A stretch of DNA of 64,000 nucleotides from Octopus bimaculoides (Eukaryota): assembly GCF_001194135.2 (NCBI RefSeq), contig NC_068985.1:115699153-115763152 (forward strand), given 5' to 3'. Positions 25,335-38,599 of this stretch are shown piece after piece. Made by a program: the position numbers and the translations under genes. The notes under the pieces are model-generated. The model saw nothing but the letters and a program-made list of their open reading frames with translations, did not search any database and had not been told where the DNA came from. Each line of letters starts with the position of its first letter. Position 1 is the stretch's first letter.

Positions 25335-25530
25335 CATTTCTACTACAGGCACAAGTCCTGAAATCTTGGCAAAGGAGTTATGTCGATTACATGAATCTCA
25401 ATTCTCAACTGGTACTTATTTTATCGATCTCCGAAAGAATAAAAGGCAAAATCGACCTTGGAGGAACATGAACTCAGAAAGAAAAGACAGACGAATTACC
25501 GCTAAGCATTTAACCCGGCGTGCTAACGTC
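25291..25530 (-). mobile_element. SINE family B with (ATT)n tail
   Basis: (ata)n, then catttctactacaggcacaagtcctgaaat..ggcgtgctaacg. Confidence 0.88.
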
Positions 25531-26319
25531 CCTCCTCAAAAATAACAATGAGCAGTGTTAAGTGAGTTTCGAATCATATTAGGTTTCGCTTGAGTTGTGT
25601 CGCTGTCATTTGAACAATACCAGTTAAATAAGTAGCTAATCTGTTAACATACTTAACAAATCCAGTTACTACAGAAAACTGAAACAATTAATTGGAATAC
25701 TGTAAATGTTTAGCATTCTATTTCATATGAATGAGGATCTCAGTGCTGACAATGTTAAAGTATGATACCATATATTGACCTACGAAGTAGATATATATTT
25801 TAGACATCTATATTATTTTAGTTCATAAAGATTCTAACTGTCACACACTTTACTGTTTCAGATTAAATACCTTATTCTATTAAGATACATTCCTTTTACT
25901 CTTTCTCCCACTTTCTGGCATGATAACATAGCTACCAAGCAAATGCCTTGGTGTGGACGACCAATTACATCGTCTTCACCCTACATTTTTCCTTCTTAAT
26001 ATATCTAATCAAAACATCAATCGCGTTGACGTCATTGACCTGTAAGCTCCTCAAAATCCTGCGGCCAGTTCTCCACATTCCCGAACGGAAATATGAAAAA
26101 AAAAAGAAGAGAAAAAAAGAAGAAGAAAAAAAGAAAAATATTATTTCATCAACAGAAAATTATTTTAGCATGTGAAGCAGAAATACGTTCTGCTAATTTA
26201 CACATACATACACAACAGACAAGCCGAATAGTGAAGAGATATCCTCAGAGGGTGAATTATATATCTGCCTCACTGACCGAAACGATCATTTTGCTTCTTG
26301 CAATAATAAGCACCCCTTT

Positions 26320-26690
26320 TTGATTAGATTAGATGCAGAAGTAATTGCTGACGGGTAAGCAGATCGAAGCACTACGACCAAAACAACTTAACTGCCAAGT
26401 CAACTAAGTAGATAGTGGTTATCAGTAGGAGATGCTTCCCATGGCAGTATATATTCACCGTTGAATCGACAAGGGTTTCGATAAGTCCAAGTGGCCAAAT
26501 TAATATATAACAATCTCTGAGAATTCAGCAAAAGAACGGGAGACTATAGCTCGGTTACTTTCGCTAGAACCACCCAATGACATAGGAGTTGTTAACATGT
26601 ACAGCTCTAAGATGGGAAAGTATGGCATTCATGACATGCTGTTCGCTCCTTCCCAGTAATTATATTTGCAATTATAGGGGAATTTCTCCA
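26320..26690 (+). mobile_element. Decayed RTE-clade reverse transcriptase fragment
   Basis: AEVIAD..ADRSTT..KGFDK.. resembles the EQAGFR..RST..KAFD motifs; many lesions. Confidence 0.4.
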
Positions 26691-26913
26691 CCCAAATAGT
26701 ACCCACTTCTTAACTGTGGTTCAGCATACACTCCTCACGCTATGTATATATCTATTTGGGATTACGAGACAGAGGCACAGGCACACATGCAAACACAGAC
26801 ATAATCTGGAGATAAAATGGGGTAACCTTATACACACACACACACACACACACATATAAATACATATATACACAATCATATCTATGGGCGCGTGTGTATA
26901 TAAATGCATACGT

Positions 26914-26967
<54 letters not shown>

Positions 26968-28199
26968 NNNNNNNNNNNNNNNNNNNNNNNNNNNNNNNNN
27001 NNNNNNNNNNNNNNNNNNNNNNNNNNNNNNNNNNNNNNNNNNNNNNNNNNNNNNNNNNNNNNNNNNNNNNNNNNNNNNNNNNNNNNNNNNNNNNNNNNNN
27101 NNNNNNNNNNNNNNNNNNNNNNNNNNNNNNNNNNNNNNNNNNNNNNNNNNNNNNNNNNNNNNNNNNNNNNNNNNNNNNNNNNNNNNNNNNNNNNNNNNNN
27201 NNNNNNNNNNNNNNNNNNNNNNNNNNNNNNNNNNNNNNNNNNNNNNNNNNNNNNNNNNNNNNNNNNNNNNNNNNNNNNNNNNNNNNNNNNNNNNNNNNNN
27301 NNNNNNNNNNNNNNNNNNNNNNNNNNNNNNNNNNNNNNNNNNNNNNNNNNNNNNNNNNNNNNNNNNNNNNNNNNNNNNNNNNNNNNNNNNNNNNNNNNNN
27401 NNNNNNNNNNNNNNNNNNNNNNNNNNNNNNNNNNNNNNNNNNNNNNNNNNNNNNNNNNNNNNNNNNNNNNNNNNNNNNNNNNNNNNNNNNNNNNNNNNNN
27501 NNNNNNNNNNNNNNNNNNNNNNNNNNNNNNNNNNNNNNNNNNNNNNNNNNNNNNNNNNNNNNNNNNNNNNNNNNNNNNNNNNNNNNNNNNNNNNNNNNNN
27601 NNNNNNNNNNNNNNNNNNNNNNNNNNNNNNNNNNNNNNNNNNNNNNNNNNNNNNNNNNNNNNNNNNNNNNNNNNNNNNNNNNNNNNNNNNNNNNNNNNNN
27701 NNNNNNNNNNNNNNNNNNNNNNNNNNNNNNNNNNNNNNNNNNNNNNNNNNNNNNNNNNNNNNNNNNNNNNNNNNNNNNNNNNNNNNNNNNNNNNNNNNNN
27801 NNNNNNNNNNNNNNNNNNNNNNNNNNNNNNNNNNNNNNNNNNNNNNNNNNNNNNNNNNNNNNNNNNTATATATATATATATATATATGCATGTGTCTATA
27901 TGTATGTATACGTAGATAATCACTTACGTGTTTAGACATGCATAGAAACACACTTGTACATACAAGCTTATATAGTAATGTGTTTTTATGTAGCTTTCCA
28001 TAAAAAAAAATGTCGTATATTAATTGACGGTACATTCAGTATATTGAAGCAGAATATCACATTTAACTTCAGAAGTAATTGTTTGACAGTGACTTTCGTT
28101 CTTATATTTTTTCCCTCGTTTCTAATTGCCTTCATTTACATGAGATAAAATGTGGCGAAGCCATACGTTGGTACAAGTTGCTTTAAAAAAAAAAAATGC

Positions 28200-28560
28200 T
28201 CTTTTATTCAAAATTCTTGATAAACTTTGTTGTCTGTACAGATTTGTCAGAAAATAAGTACAAACAATGAAGCAATATCAACATGGCACTTTTTCTATAG
28301 AATTCTCAAATCTTCATCTTATAAGGCGTCACCATTTGCTTGAACTGAGTAGACGGTTTTCGATATTTGCATGTATTTTGTATGACTCGAGGTCGAACCG
28401 TTCCTTTAAGGAAAGGAAGGATATGACATGAACACTGAAATAAATTTCACGATAATTGTATTTTGGTGTCGGAGATGATGGATTTAAGTAGAGAGTTAAG
28501 TTCTTTCCATAACATCATGCGCGGCATAATTTGACCTTCGTGTTTTCTTCCGTTCCAAAG
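28200..28560 (-). mobile_element. hAT transposase remnant (ZMYM1-like C-terminal region)
   Basis: PTPKYNYREIYF..SLKERFDLESYKIHANIENRLL..ANGD resembles the YYR.IYF..I.ERFDQ..Y....LE.LL pattern of hAT transposases (recalled pattern). Confidence 0.5.
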
Positions 28561-28959
28561 TTGGTTTTAAGTCATTCATTGCTGACTAATCGTATTTTGA
28601 ATGTAATACATATGAAATAAAAAAAAATGTCTCGTATCATTTGTGTTTTCTTCTTTCAATGATGCTGACATATAGGAAATGTGATTGTATAAAATGGCTG
28701 CAAATCATCAATGCTATCTGGAATTCTAAGTTTCATAAGGCCCTGTTACTTAATTTCCTTGGCCTAGAAGTGATTAAAATTACAATAATCCTCCTGAACT
28801 GGTAGTCAGTCCCTCGCAAGGGTTCTCATTTACAGCTAACTGCAGCAGAGTAACATGATAGGCATTACTTTGTTCTAGAAGATCACATGTGCTCTTGGAA
28901 TCGAAACTACAAGTTTTACCCACACTTTTTTGAAATATTGCTCAAATGCAATATTTTAT

Positions 28960-29485
28960 ACCGGTTTCAAATTCCGCTGAGGTGGATTTCGCATTTCATT
29001 CTTTCGGGATCGAAAAAAATAAGTACCAGTCAGGAACTAGGGTCGATGTGCTCTTTCACCCGAAATTGTTACCTTTGTGCCAAAATTTGAAACCAACATT
29101 TTAGACAGTTTTTTAAGGCGGTGAGCCGGTAGGACCGTTAGTACGCTGGGCAGAATGTTTTGTGGCGTTTCGTCCGTCCTTACGTTGTGAGTTCAAATAC
29201 CACCGAGGTTGACATTGCATTTTATCCTTTCGGGGTCGATGAATTAAATACCAGTTAAGCACTGGGGTTAATATAATCGTCTTAGCCCGTCCCATGCAAT
29301 TGCTTCCTTTGCGTCAAACTTTGAAACTAATATTTTAGACAGGATTTAAGGCGGATATCCGGCAGAATCGCAAGCACGCCAGGGAAATTGATTAGCAGCA
29401 TATGGTCTGTCCTTATGCTCCGAGTTCCAAAGCACTGAAGTCGACTTTACCTTTTATCTTTTCGGGGTCGATGAAATAAAAATCA
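28960..29485 (+). mobile_element. Three tandem SINE family B copies
   Basis: Copies at about 28960-29100, 29115-29335 and 29347-29485, each with ttttatcctttcggggtcgatg-type central domain. Confidence 0.88.
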
Positions 29486-29489
29486 GCTG

Positions 29490-29890
29490 AGAGGCTATGG
29501 GGTAAGTAGCTTGTCCACCAACCACATGGTTCCGGGTTCAGTCCCATTGCGTGACACGTTGGGCAAGTGGCTTCTACTATAGCCTCGGGTCGACCAAAGC
29601 CTTGTGAGTGGATTTGCTTGACGGAAACTGAAAGAAGCCCGTCGTATATATGTATATATATATATATATGTATGTGTATATGTTTGTATGTCTGTGTCTG
29701 TCCCCCCAAACCATTACTTGACAATCGTTGCTGGTGTGTTTACGTCCCCGTAACTTAGCGGTTCGGCAAAAAGTGACCGATAAAATAAGTACCAGGCATA
29801 CAAAGAATAAGTCCTGGGGTCGATTTTCTCGACTATAGGTGGTGCTCCAGCATGGCCGCAGTCAAATGACTGAAAGAAGTAAATGAGTAA
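29490..29890 (+). mobile_element. SINE family A, directly abutting the family B array
   Basis: Head through ggtggtgctccagcatggccgcagtcaaatgactgaaag tail. Confidence 0.92.
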
Positions 29891-30159
29891 ATGATTAAAT
29901 GAGCAATGGGGTCGATGTTATAAACTCACCCTTCCTCACGAAATACCTTTATGTCAACATTTGAAAATATTTTAGACAGGTTGTCTACCTGCTTCTCAAG
30001 ATGTTTACTTCACTTTCACCAGCGTATGGAACTTGAATCATTTCAACAACCTTATTTCATCGGAAAATGGATTTTTCAAATTTGAGAGAACGTTTTACAT
30101 ATTCTAATTATTTTTGAGTTCTAAAAATTTTTTTTTAATTTTTTCCGTAAGTATTCTCG

Positions 30160-30316
30160 TCTATTCTAGGCACACTGTCCGAAATTTTGGGGGTGGGGGC
30201 CAGTCGATTTGATCGACCCCAGTAAGCAACTGGTACTTAATTTATCGATCCCGAAAGGATGAAAGGTAAAGTCGACTTCGGTGGAATTTGAACTCAGAAC
30301 GTATAGACAGACGAAT
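30160..30316 (-). mobile_element. 5'-truncated SINE family B with probable 14-bp TSD
   Basis: Flanked by atttttccgtaagt-like direct repeats at about 30139-30152 and 30315-30328. Confidence 0.85.
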
Positions 30317-30664
30317 TTTTCCGTAAGTTTCTTTGTGCTTTTCTTTAATATAATCATTAGATGTTGTTTGATGTAAATGAATAAGGTAACATCCCCTTTT
30401 TTTCTGGTATGTAATGCTGTATCCATTTGAAACCAACAGGGATCACTTCAGCGGCGAACCCACGATAGTCGTTTCGAATTTGTAATTTGTGTCACGACAA
30501 AATAGCTGTTTAACAAGATCACTTGAATCTAATTCATTTTCGGGAATGTCAATTGTCTGATAATTAGACATTTCGAAGTCATCCGTAGTGTGTGTAAAGG
30601 TATTTGGATTGGAAATCGAGTTATAATTTGGCAACAACCATCATAGTTCACAGATAAAAACCAT

Positions 30665-30895
30665 ATGCGTCTGTGTCTGTGTGTGTTTGTGTGTGTGTGT
30701 GCTCATGAATGTCCTTGTGTTTGTCACTCTCCACTGCTTGACAACCGGTGTTGGTGAGTTTACTTCACTGTAAAAGCGACAGATATAATTAGTACCAGTC
30801 TTAAAGGAAAAGTAACTGCTGGGGTCATAGTGTGATCACTGAAACAGTCATGTTGCCCCAGCATTGCCGTAGTCTAATGTTCGAAACAGACAAAA
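30665..30895 (+). mobile_element. SINE family A, 3' part, diverged
   Basis: ccactgcttgacaaccggtgttggtg..ccccagcattgccgtagtc. Confidence 0.65.
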
Positions 30896-32143
30896 AAAAA
30901 GAAAAAAAACAAATGAGTGAAAATAAGAGGGCAAATAATTCTCAGAAACCATATTTCAGCCAGCAGGTGGGTATTCCTCATTAGAATCCTGTGTACTTAA
31001 TAAAATATTTAAGAACGCTTCAATGACGTGAAATACGGTTGGTTTCAATTCCGTAAATATAATGCGCCAGAGTGAAATTAATTACAGTATTCTGTGTGAA
31101 AATATTAATTACAAAATAATAAAAATTTCTACTTGGATCCTCAACATACCAGAAACAGCAACAATGTTCAGGAAAAACTTAAGCAAATAAATTCCTCCAA
31201 AGTATTTTACTTCGTGTAAAAAAGCATTGTTTAAAACGTAAGAATATTAATGCTAATATATATAATATTTTGGTCATTATATGTGTGTCTATATACACCC
31301 ACACGCACGTTTGTGTGTGTGTGTGCACGTGCATGATCATGTGTGTGTGTATGTGTGTGACAGAGGCATATAGTTGGAGGAGTACCCCATTCAGGGGAAA
31401 AATACTTTATTTGTGTGTATACAATGCGACCATTGCATATATCAGGCGTTTCACTTAAAACACTGGTAATCCGTCACTATTTTGGATATAATTACATGCG
31501 AACATACACAAACATACATATATATGTACACACACAAACACATATGTATATATATATATATATATNNNNNNNNNNNNNNNNNNNNNNNNNNNNNNNNNNN
31601 NNNNNNNNNNNNNNNNNNNNNNNNNNNNNNNNNNNNNNNNNNNNNNNNNNNNNNNNNNNNNNNNNNNNNNNNNNNNNNNNNNNNNNNNNNNNNNNNNNNN
31701 NNNNNNNNNNNNNNNNNNNNNNNNNNNNNNNNNNNNNNNNNNNNNNNNNNNNNNNNNNNNNNNNNNNNNNNNNNNNNNNNNNNNNNNNNNNNNNNNNNNN
31801 NNNNNNNNNNNNNNNNNNNNNNNNNNNNNNNNNNNNNNNNNNNNNNNNNNNNNNNNNNNNNNNNNNNNNNNNNNNNNNNNNNNNNNNNNNNNNNNNNNNN
31901 NNNNNNNNNNNNNNNNNNNNNNNNNNNNNNNNNNNNNNNNNNNNNNNNNNNNNNNNNNNNNNNNNNNNNNNNNNNNNNNNNNNNNNNNNNNNNNNNNNNN
32001 NNNNNNNNNNNNNNNNNNNNNNNNNNNNNNNNNNNNNNNNNNNNNNNNNNNNNNNNNNNNNNNNNNNNNNNNNNNNNNNNNNNNNNNNNNNNNNNNNNNN
32101 NNNNNNNNNNNNNNNNNNNNNNNNNNNNNNNNNNNNNNNNNNG

Positions 32144-32491
32144 TGTATGTGTGTGACAGAGGCATATAGTTGGAGGAGTACCCCATTCAGGGGAAAAATA
32201 CTTTATTTGTGTGTATACAATGCGACCATTGCATATATCAGGCGTTTCACTTAAAACACTGGTAATCCGTCACTATTTTGGATATAATTACATGCGAACA
32301 TACACAAACATACATATATATGTATGTTTGTGTATGTTCGCATGTAATTATATCCAAAATAGTGACGGATTACCAGTGTTTTAAGTGAAACGCCTGATAT
32401 ATGCAATGGTCGCATTGTATACACACAAATAAAGTATTTTTCCCCTGAATGGGGTACTCCTCCAACTATATGCCTCTGTCACACACATACA
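32144..32491. other. Perfect loop-less 174-bp palindrome that also duplicates about 31348-31520; probable assembly or fold-back artefact
   Basis: Arms appear fully identical, centre between 32317 and 32318, next to a large N gap and a 10-N gap. Confidence 0.75.
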
Positions 32492-32650
32492 GCTGTAAGA
32501 CTTCATACATAAAATATAATTCTAACGTTGCCATTGGTCTCTTTATCTTTTTCTTTCTTTATACATACACACGCTAATAAACGACCTATGTTATATTCCC
32601 CACTCATGTTGCTACAACGACAGGGGTATAACTAGTCGGTNNNNNNNNNN

Positions 32651-32685
<35 letters not shown>

Positions 32686-34149
32686 AACACACACACACTT
32701 ATATATATAAATGAGCATCTAAGACATGTAAATTTAATGAAAGAAGCAGTATAGATTACGTAATTCTAACGAGATATGTAATTCGATTCCATACGTTACA
32801 ATAAAATTAATAAAAACGAAAGAAATATACTTTTCCCGACTATAGGACAAAAAGTAAATAAAAACTAGAATTAAAATGTCGGCCTGATCGTTCCGTTATC
32901 TTCCTACATTCAAAAATATTTTAATTTCCAACAATGACTTTCAGCGTATAGTGTAGTATTTATATAGCGTTTCATATTTTTAGTCACACTATGTAAATAT
33001 ATTGCTCAGAGAAACAGACGTGCTACAAAGATCTAGGAAAATACATTCGGAGACTTTGATGACAAATTATAAAACTGCTAGCTTAGAATAAAATATGGAA
33101 CAATACGACATAACTGGATTGGAATGTTCATCTTTTGTGCAAACCAAAAAGAAACTGTGAACTATTCAAATATTCATTGTAATATATAGATGACAGAGCA
33201 TGCAAACGCTGTGAAATAAAGTTTATATATATATNNNNNNNNNNNNNNNNNNNNNNNNNNNNNNNNNNNNNNNNNNNNNNNNNNNNNNNNNNNNNNNNNN
33301 NNNNNNNNNNNNNNNNNNNNNNNNNNNNNNNNNNNNNNNNNNNNNNNNNNNNNNNNNNNNNNNNNNNNNNNNNNNNNNNNNNNNNNNNNNNNNNNNNNNN
33401 NNNNNNNNNNNNNNNNNNNNNNNNNNNNNNNNNNNNNNNNNNNNNNNNNNNNNNNNNNNNNNNNNNNNNNNNNNNNNNNNNNNNNNNNNNNNNNNNNNNN
33501 NNNNNNNNNNNNNNNNNNNNNNNNNNNNNNNNNNNNNNNNNNNNNNNNNNNNNNNNNNNNNNNNNNNNNNNNNNNNNNNNNNNNNNNNNNNNNNNNNNNN
33601 NNNNNNNNNNNNNNNNNNNNNNNNNNNNNNNNNNNNNNNNNNNNNNNNNNNNNNNNNNNNNNNNNNNNNNNNNNNNNNNNNNNNNNNNNNNNNNNNNNNN
33701 NNNNNNNNNNNNNNNNNNNNNNNNNNNNNNNNNNNNNNNNNNNNNNNNNNNNNNNNNNNNNNNNNNNNNNNNNNNNNNNNNNNNNNNNNNNNNNNNNNNN
33801 NNNNNNNNNNNNNNNNNNNNNNNNNNNNNNNNNNNNNNNNNNNNNNNNNNNNNNNNNNNNNNNNNNNNNNNNNNNNNNNNNNNNNNNNNNNNNNNNNNNN
33901 NNNNNNNNNNNNNNNNNNNNNNNNNNNNNNNNNNNNNNNNNNNNNNNNNNNNNNNNNNNNNNNNNNNNNNNNNNNNNNNNNNNNNNNNNNNNNNNNNNNN
34001 NNNNNNNNNNNNNNNNNNNNNNNNNNNNNNNNNNNNNNNNNNNNNNNNNNNNNNNNNNNNNNNNNNNNNNNNNNNNNNNNNNNNNNNNNNNNNNNNNNNN
34101 TATATTCATACATATATATATTTATATATACATATATATATATATATAT

Positions 34150-34300
34150 CGAAACGTCTAGTTAGAATAGAGACAGCTGATGAAGGAATATTCCAAGTGG
34201 CTTTCCGTTTTCCTATGTGTTCGTTCCGTTGTCTGTAGTTCATTGTTCTAACGTCCTGTACCCTGATATGCATATATATACACATGTAGATGTAAGTATG
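34150..34300 (+). mobile_element. Dispersed repeat with CTGATGA core, probable Penelope-like terminal repeat; other copies at about 39990-40140 (-) and 48055-48245 (+)
   Basis: Shared consensus gctgatgaaggaa..tgtggc..tttc..aacgtcctgtaccc.gatatgca..tatatacacatgtagatgta across three loci. Confidence 0.6.
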
Positions 34301-34944
34301 TATAAATTTATATATAGATGTATATATGAATCTACGCGTATATATATGCATATATGCATGTGTGCGTTTGCGCTCGTGTGTGTACGTGTGTATGTATAGT
34401 GTGTATATACATGTACGTATGTGTATTTATACATATATATACACATTTGCACATATATGCATGTATATATATATATATATATATGCACCCCCCCCCCACA
34501 CACATATATATTTATATATATATATATACACCTACATACATTCATACATATACACAGACAAAAATCGTATTCATTGAAATACATACCTTTATAGAAATAA
34601 CATGCTTGCACAGTATACAGAAATGCCTACGCATATATGAGTGTATACATAATATATATATGTATATATATATATATATATATATGGGTGGGTATGAAGG
34701 CTGTGCACGCACACGAGTGCGTACAATCAAGTGCTTCCTAGGTTGGCTTGTATACCAATGCGTGAGACTCTGCAAACCCTTTTAAATATCTCTATCTGAA
34801 TATGCACGCGTTGCAAGTCTGCGTATTTTTTTTTTTCCAATTTACTAACAAACCTTGGATATTTTTGTGCAAATTTGGTTATTTCCATATGAATTATTGA
34901 GTCACATGATTTATTGCTTCACCTGATCGCTTTTTCTTTCGCAG

Positions 34945-34987
34945 ATGGATGGATACTGCACATTCTCCTAATTATAACCATACAACC
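34945..34987 (+). CDS. Candidate small exon (43 nt); one open frame gives (D)GWILHILLIITIQ(P)
   Basis: Textbook acceptor: branch-like cctgat at 34922-34927, pyrimidine tract gctttttctttc, CAG at 34942-34944. The donor is uncertain (CC|GTAAAG at 34988 or AAA|GTGGGT at 34993). Confidence 0.3.
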
Positions 34988-35950
34988 GTAAAGTGGGTGT
35001 GGTACCAACTTTTTTTTTTCGTAACTTGATTGTATAATATAATATCAGAGATAGAAATCTCCGCAATCAATGGAAGCGAAAACAAACAAAACCAAAACCA
35101 AAAACGTACGAGCATTTTAGGATCGTTCTTACGAGTATATCCCTGTAACCTCATTCGTATTTCATCAAATTCCTTTTTATATTACTATCTGATTGCATGA
35201 CAGCTTGTCTGCGAACCTCCTTCACAAATCCTTACTAGATTCTTACCTAAAATATTCATATATATATATTTTATCTTAAATATTCTTTTGGTCCATTCGT
35301 CTCCATTATTTATCACTGACTATGTCAGTTTCCTCTCGAATAATTTCGCAATCCAGTATGATTTTTTCCGCTCCATACAGTGCACAGTCCCTAGATCCTA
35401 CATCCATGTGACTGCAAAAACAAAGTGGGGTGGGCATTGACCGTAAATATATATTGAAATTGTGATTTGTGTAGGTAACAAACCGAAACTATTGACACTC
35501 AATAACTGTCCTTATGCGCTAAACCAAATTAATACTATATCAAATATATATCTAAAGCTCCAATTCTACGCTCGATTCACAAACATTCTGAGGATTCTAA
35601 TGTTTGCCAGAATCAGACCATTATTTTTTTTATGAGTCAATTCTCGGTATTGTGTCATAATCGTTTCCTCGACATAATTCACAGATACTCGACCGACTCT
35701 TTTGTAATATCTCCTCATTGTATGATAAAAATTGAGTTCACATTCCAAGGACGAAACGTATCTCACAGTAGGTGTCTCTATAATACGACCACCGGGCATT
35801 TAGGTGTTTATAGAAAAGTTCACTTTGATGCCACCTTTTGCAATAGATCTACGGTCTGACAATAAATTCTTTGTTTTCATTCACTCGGGCAGCCACGTAG
35901 GCTACAGAGAAGAACATGGGTGATGCTTTTCTGCTACAAACAATCTGGTT

Positions 35951-36375
35951 TGTATATGTATATGTATATGATGGCCATCCACTCGCAACCGGGGAAGACC
36001 ATTGCTGATCTTTAGGAACATTGGGCGCTCTAGGACTAACATATACTTTGCATTTGCGGCTCCGTTGATGATCAATGAGCGCTACTCTTGACAAGCATAC
36101 ACGATTGCAAACATTGCTTACCAAGATTTTCCCATTCACTACAATAGTAGTGCGCTTTTAAACCACACGATTAAATACTTCATGCACAATACGTGCTCTC
36201 TAAAAGTTGTCGAACCCTTCCTTAACCTGCTTCCTCCATCTGTGGCGATGACAGGCATTGCTCTCGCAGTCGGTCTCCGGTATGTCACTGGCCTATAATG
36301 AGGACTTGACACTAACCTTAAATCGCAGGCTTGATTTCTTCCGGGGTCTCTTTTCACTAACAAGTTCCCCATATA
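35951..36375 (-). mobile_element. RTE/BovB-like LINE 3' end, 5'-truncated
   Basis: GELVSEKRPRKKSSLRFKVSVKSSL..DIPETDCE...HRHRWRKQVKEG..CNRVCLSRVALIDHQRS (C-terminal C2H2-like finger), then ggatggccat and a (catata)n tail. Confidence 0.8.
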
Positions 36376-36569
36376 GCATATGTTTAGTGATCCTGCTATC
36401 CTTCATTCCAAATATATCTACATACCTACCTACTTACCTACATGCATACATACATACATACATGCATACATACACACATACATATATATATATATATATT
36501 TATATGTGTATATGCATATGTATTTGTATATATGTATATGTATTTAATCCTTTATTCTTTTTATTTGTT

Positions 36570-37232
36570 TCATCATTTGATTTAGTCGAGCAAATTGAGC
36601 CTAGTACTTACTCCTTATAAGCCTAGTACTTATTCTATCGGTCACTTGGGCCGAACCGCTAATGTACGGGGACGTAAACGCACCAGCATCGGTTGTCAAG
36701 GGAAGACACAGACTCACAAATACGCAGACATACGCACACACTCACACACACACACAAACATGCACACGCACAAACACACACACACACATTTTTCTACTAT
36801 ACCCTCGGGCCTACAAAACCTTTGTGATTGGATTTGGTAGACGGAAACTGATATATGTATGTGTGTATGTGTTTGCGTGTCTGGGTTTGTCCAACCACCA
36901 TCGCTCCACAACCGATGCTGATGTGTTTACGTCACCATAAGCTAGGAGTTCGGCAGAAGAGACCAATAGAATAAATACTAGGTTTACAAAAAAGAAGTCC
37001 TTGTGTATATACATATGCATAAATTTATATTTCCATATTTTATACATACACAGCTACATGCAAACATGCGCATACATATATACATACATATTCGTAATCT
37101 GTTATTCTTTAACTTCTTTCAGTCATTTGTCTGTGATCTTGCTGGAGCACCACCCCAAAGGGTTTTAGTCGAAAAGTCAACCACAGGAAAACATTCTTTG
37201 TAAGACTAGTACTTATTCTATCGGTTTCTGTC
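36570..37232. mobile_element. Three SINE family A fragments in alternating orientation: about 36570-36790 (-), 36790-37002 (+), 37110-37232 (-)
   Basis: Body and tail motifs recognisable in both orientations. Confidence 0.8.
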
Positions 37233-37525
37233 CACTGTACGAGGACCCGTTTCACAAGAGCTGTTACGAGTTTTCGCTATACGTGCGTTCTCCGAGAACG
37301 CATTAACTCATATACTGAGACATTACTGTACATGCACCACTGAATCCAAGAATACGCTCTTATGACCCTATGGCTCATATATTTATATATATTGATATAT
37401 GACCTGCAGGGTCATATGAACGTTTTCTCTGATTCCGTGCCGCATGTAATACCTCCTGTATATATGAATGTATGTATCTTGTATGTATGTATGTATATAT
37501 AAATATATACATATGTATGTATGTA

Positions 37526-37587
<62 letters not shown>

Positions 37588-38599
37588 TACATATATATAT
37601 CTTAATATATATATATAAATACATATATAATATATATATAATGCAAATAATTAGAAAATGGAGAAAACCACAGATTAACTAACACATCGGTGGGACCACA
37701 ACTGTAGCTTATTTTTATTTCCTAATACAAAGCATGACGTAACGAAATTGGTGACGTAACATATCTTATGGCCGTTACTGATCAGATTGCCAAAATGCTG
37801 TCTATACATAAATGCGAAGATAAAATTCTTTATCTTCATAGGGCATTTGAATTAAGGCAACGGATCTTCATCAGAGTGAAAAGCAAGAGTATACAATATA
37901 AACAAAGGGAAGGAAGAAAATGAAAGAAAACATCGCTTAGACAAATCGTCTAAAAGCCCAATATGTTAAGAGCAAATAATTATTTACCATCAGGACTACT
38001 GGGTGCGTTGGTATATATATACGAGTATCTATATGAGTAAAACAGCCAGTTTTAAATTTCTGAATGAGTTCTAAGTTGTAACTATACTGCATAATAAAAA
38101 CTATTTGCCAAAGTAACTTGGTAGTCCTTCGTAGGGTCATGCTACTACTTATTAATCCCGGGCAAACATGTTTTCCAGCTGGTTATCGATTAACAATCTG
38201 TCTCAAGTAAACTGTGTGGAAGGGAACGTACTACTCCCTCCTAGCCACTAGCAGTACCAACAGATTAATGGTTCCTGGGTAATTTCCCGTTGTCGGTGCT
38301 GGACAAACGCCGGCCAGAGATAGTAGTTTACTCAGCCCTACTCACAGTATATAAATATTGAAGCGACAGACAGTCACTGATCTCGTAATGAGTAAAACAG
38401 TTAGTTTTAAATCTCTAAATGAGATCTAAGTAGTAACTGCACTGCATACTAAAATATATTTTGCCAACTTAAAGTGGCAGTTCTGCGTAGGACCATGTTA
38501 CTACCTTTTAACCCCAGGAAAGCATCTTTTCCAGCTGATTATCGACACACAAACTGTGTCTAAAATATACTGTGTGCAAGGGAACAGTATATTTACATA

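Noticed and set aside
30443-30637. 64-aa minus-strand ORF
   Set aside because: Starts at a non-ATG codon, no recognisable domain; neighbouring frames hint at an old RTE remnant (KKGD motif).
32144-32491. 174-bp perfect palindrome as a biological hairpin or MITE
   Set aside because: No loop, no visible mismatches, a third identical copy across the neighbouring gap, and N gaps nearby point to an assembly or fold-back read artefact.
33000-33150. Possible CR1/L2 C-terminal remnant (RRATK motif)
   Set aside because: A single short motif; insufficient evidence.
37860-37875. CTGATGA on the minus strand as a hammerhead core
   Set aside because: No GAAA box or stem III follows.
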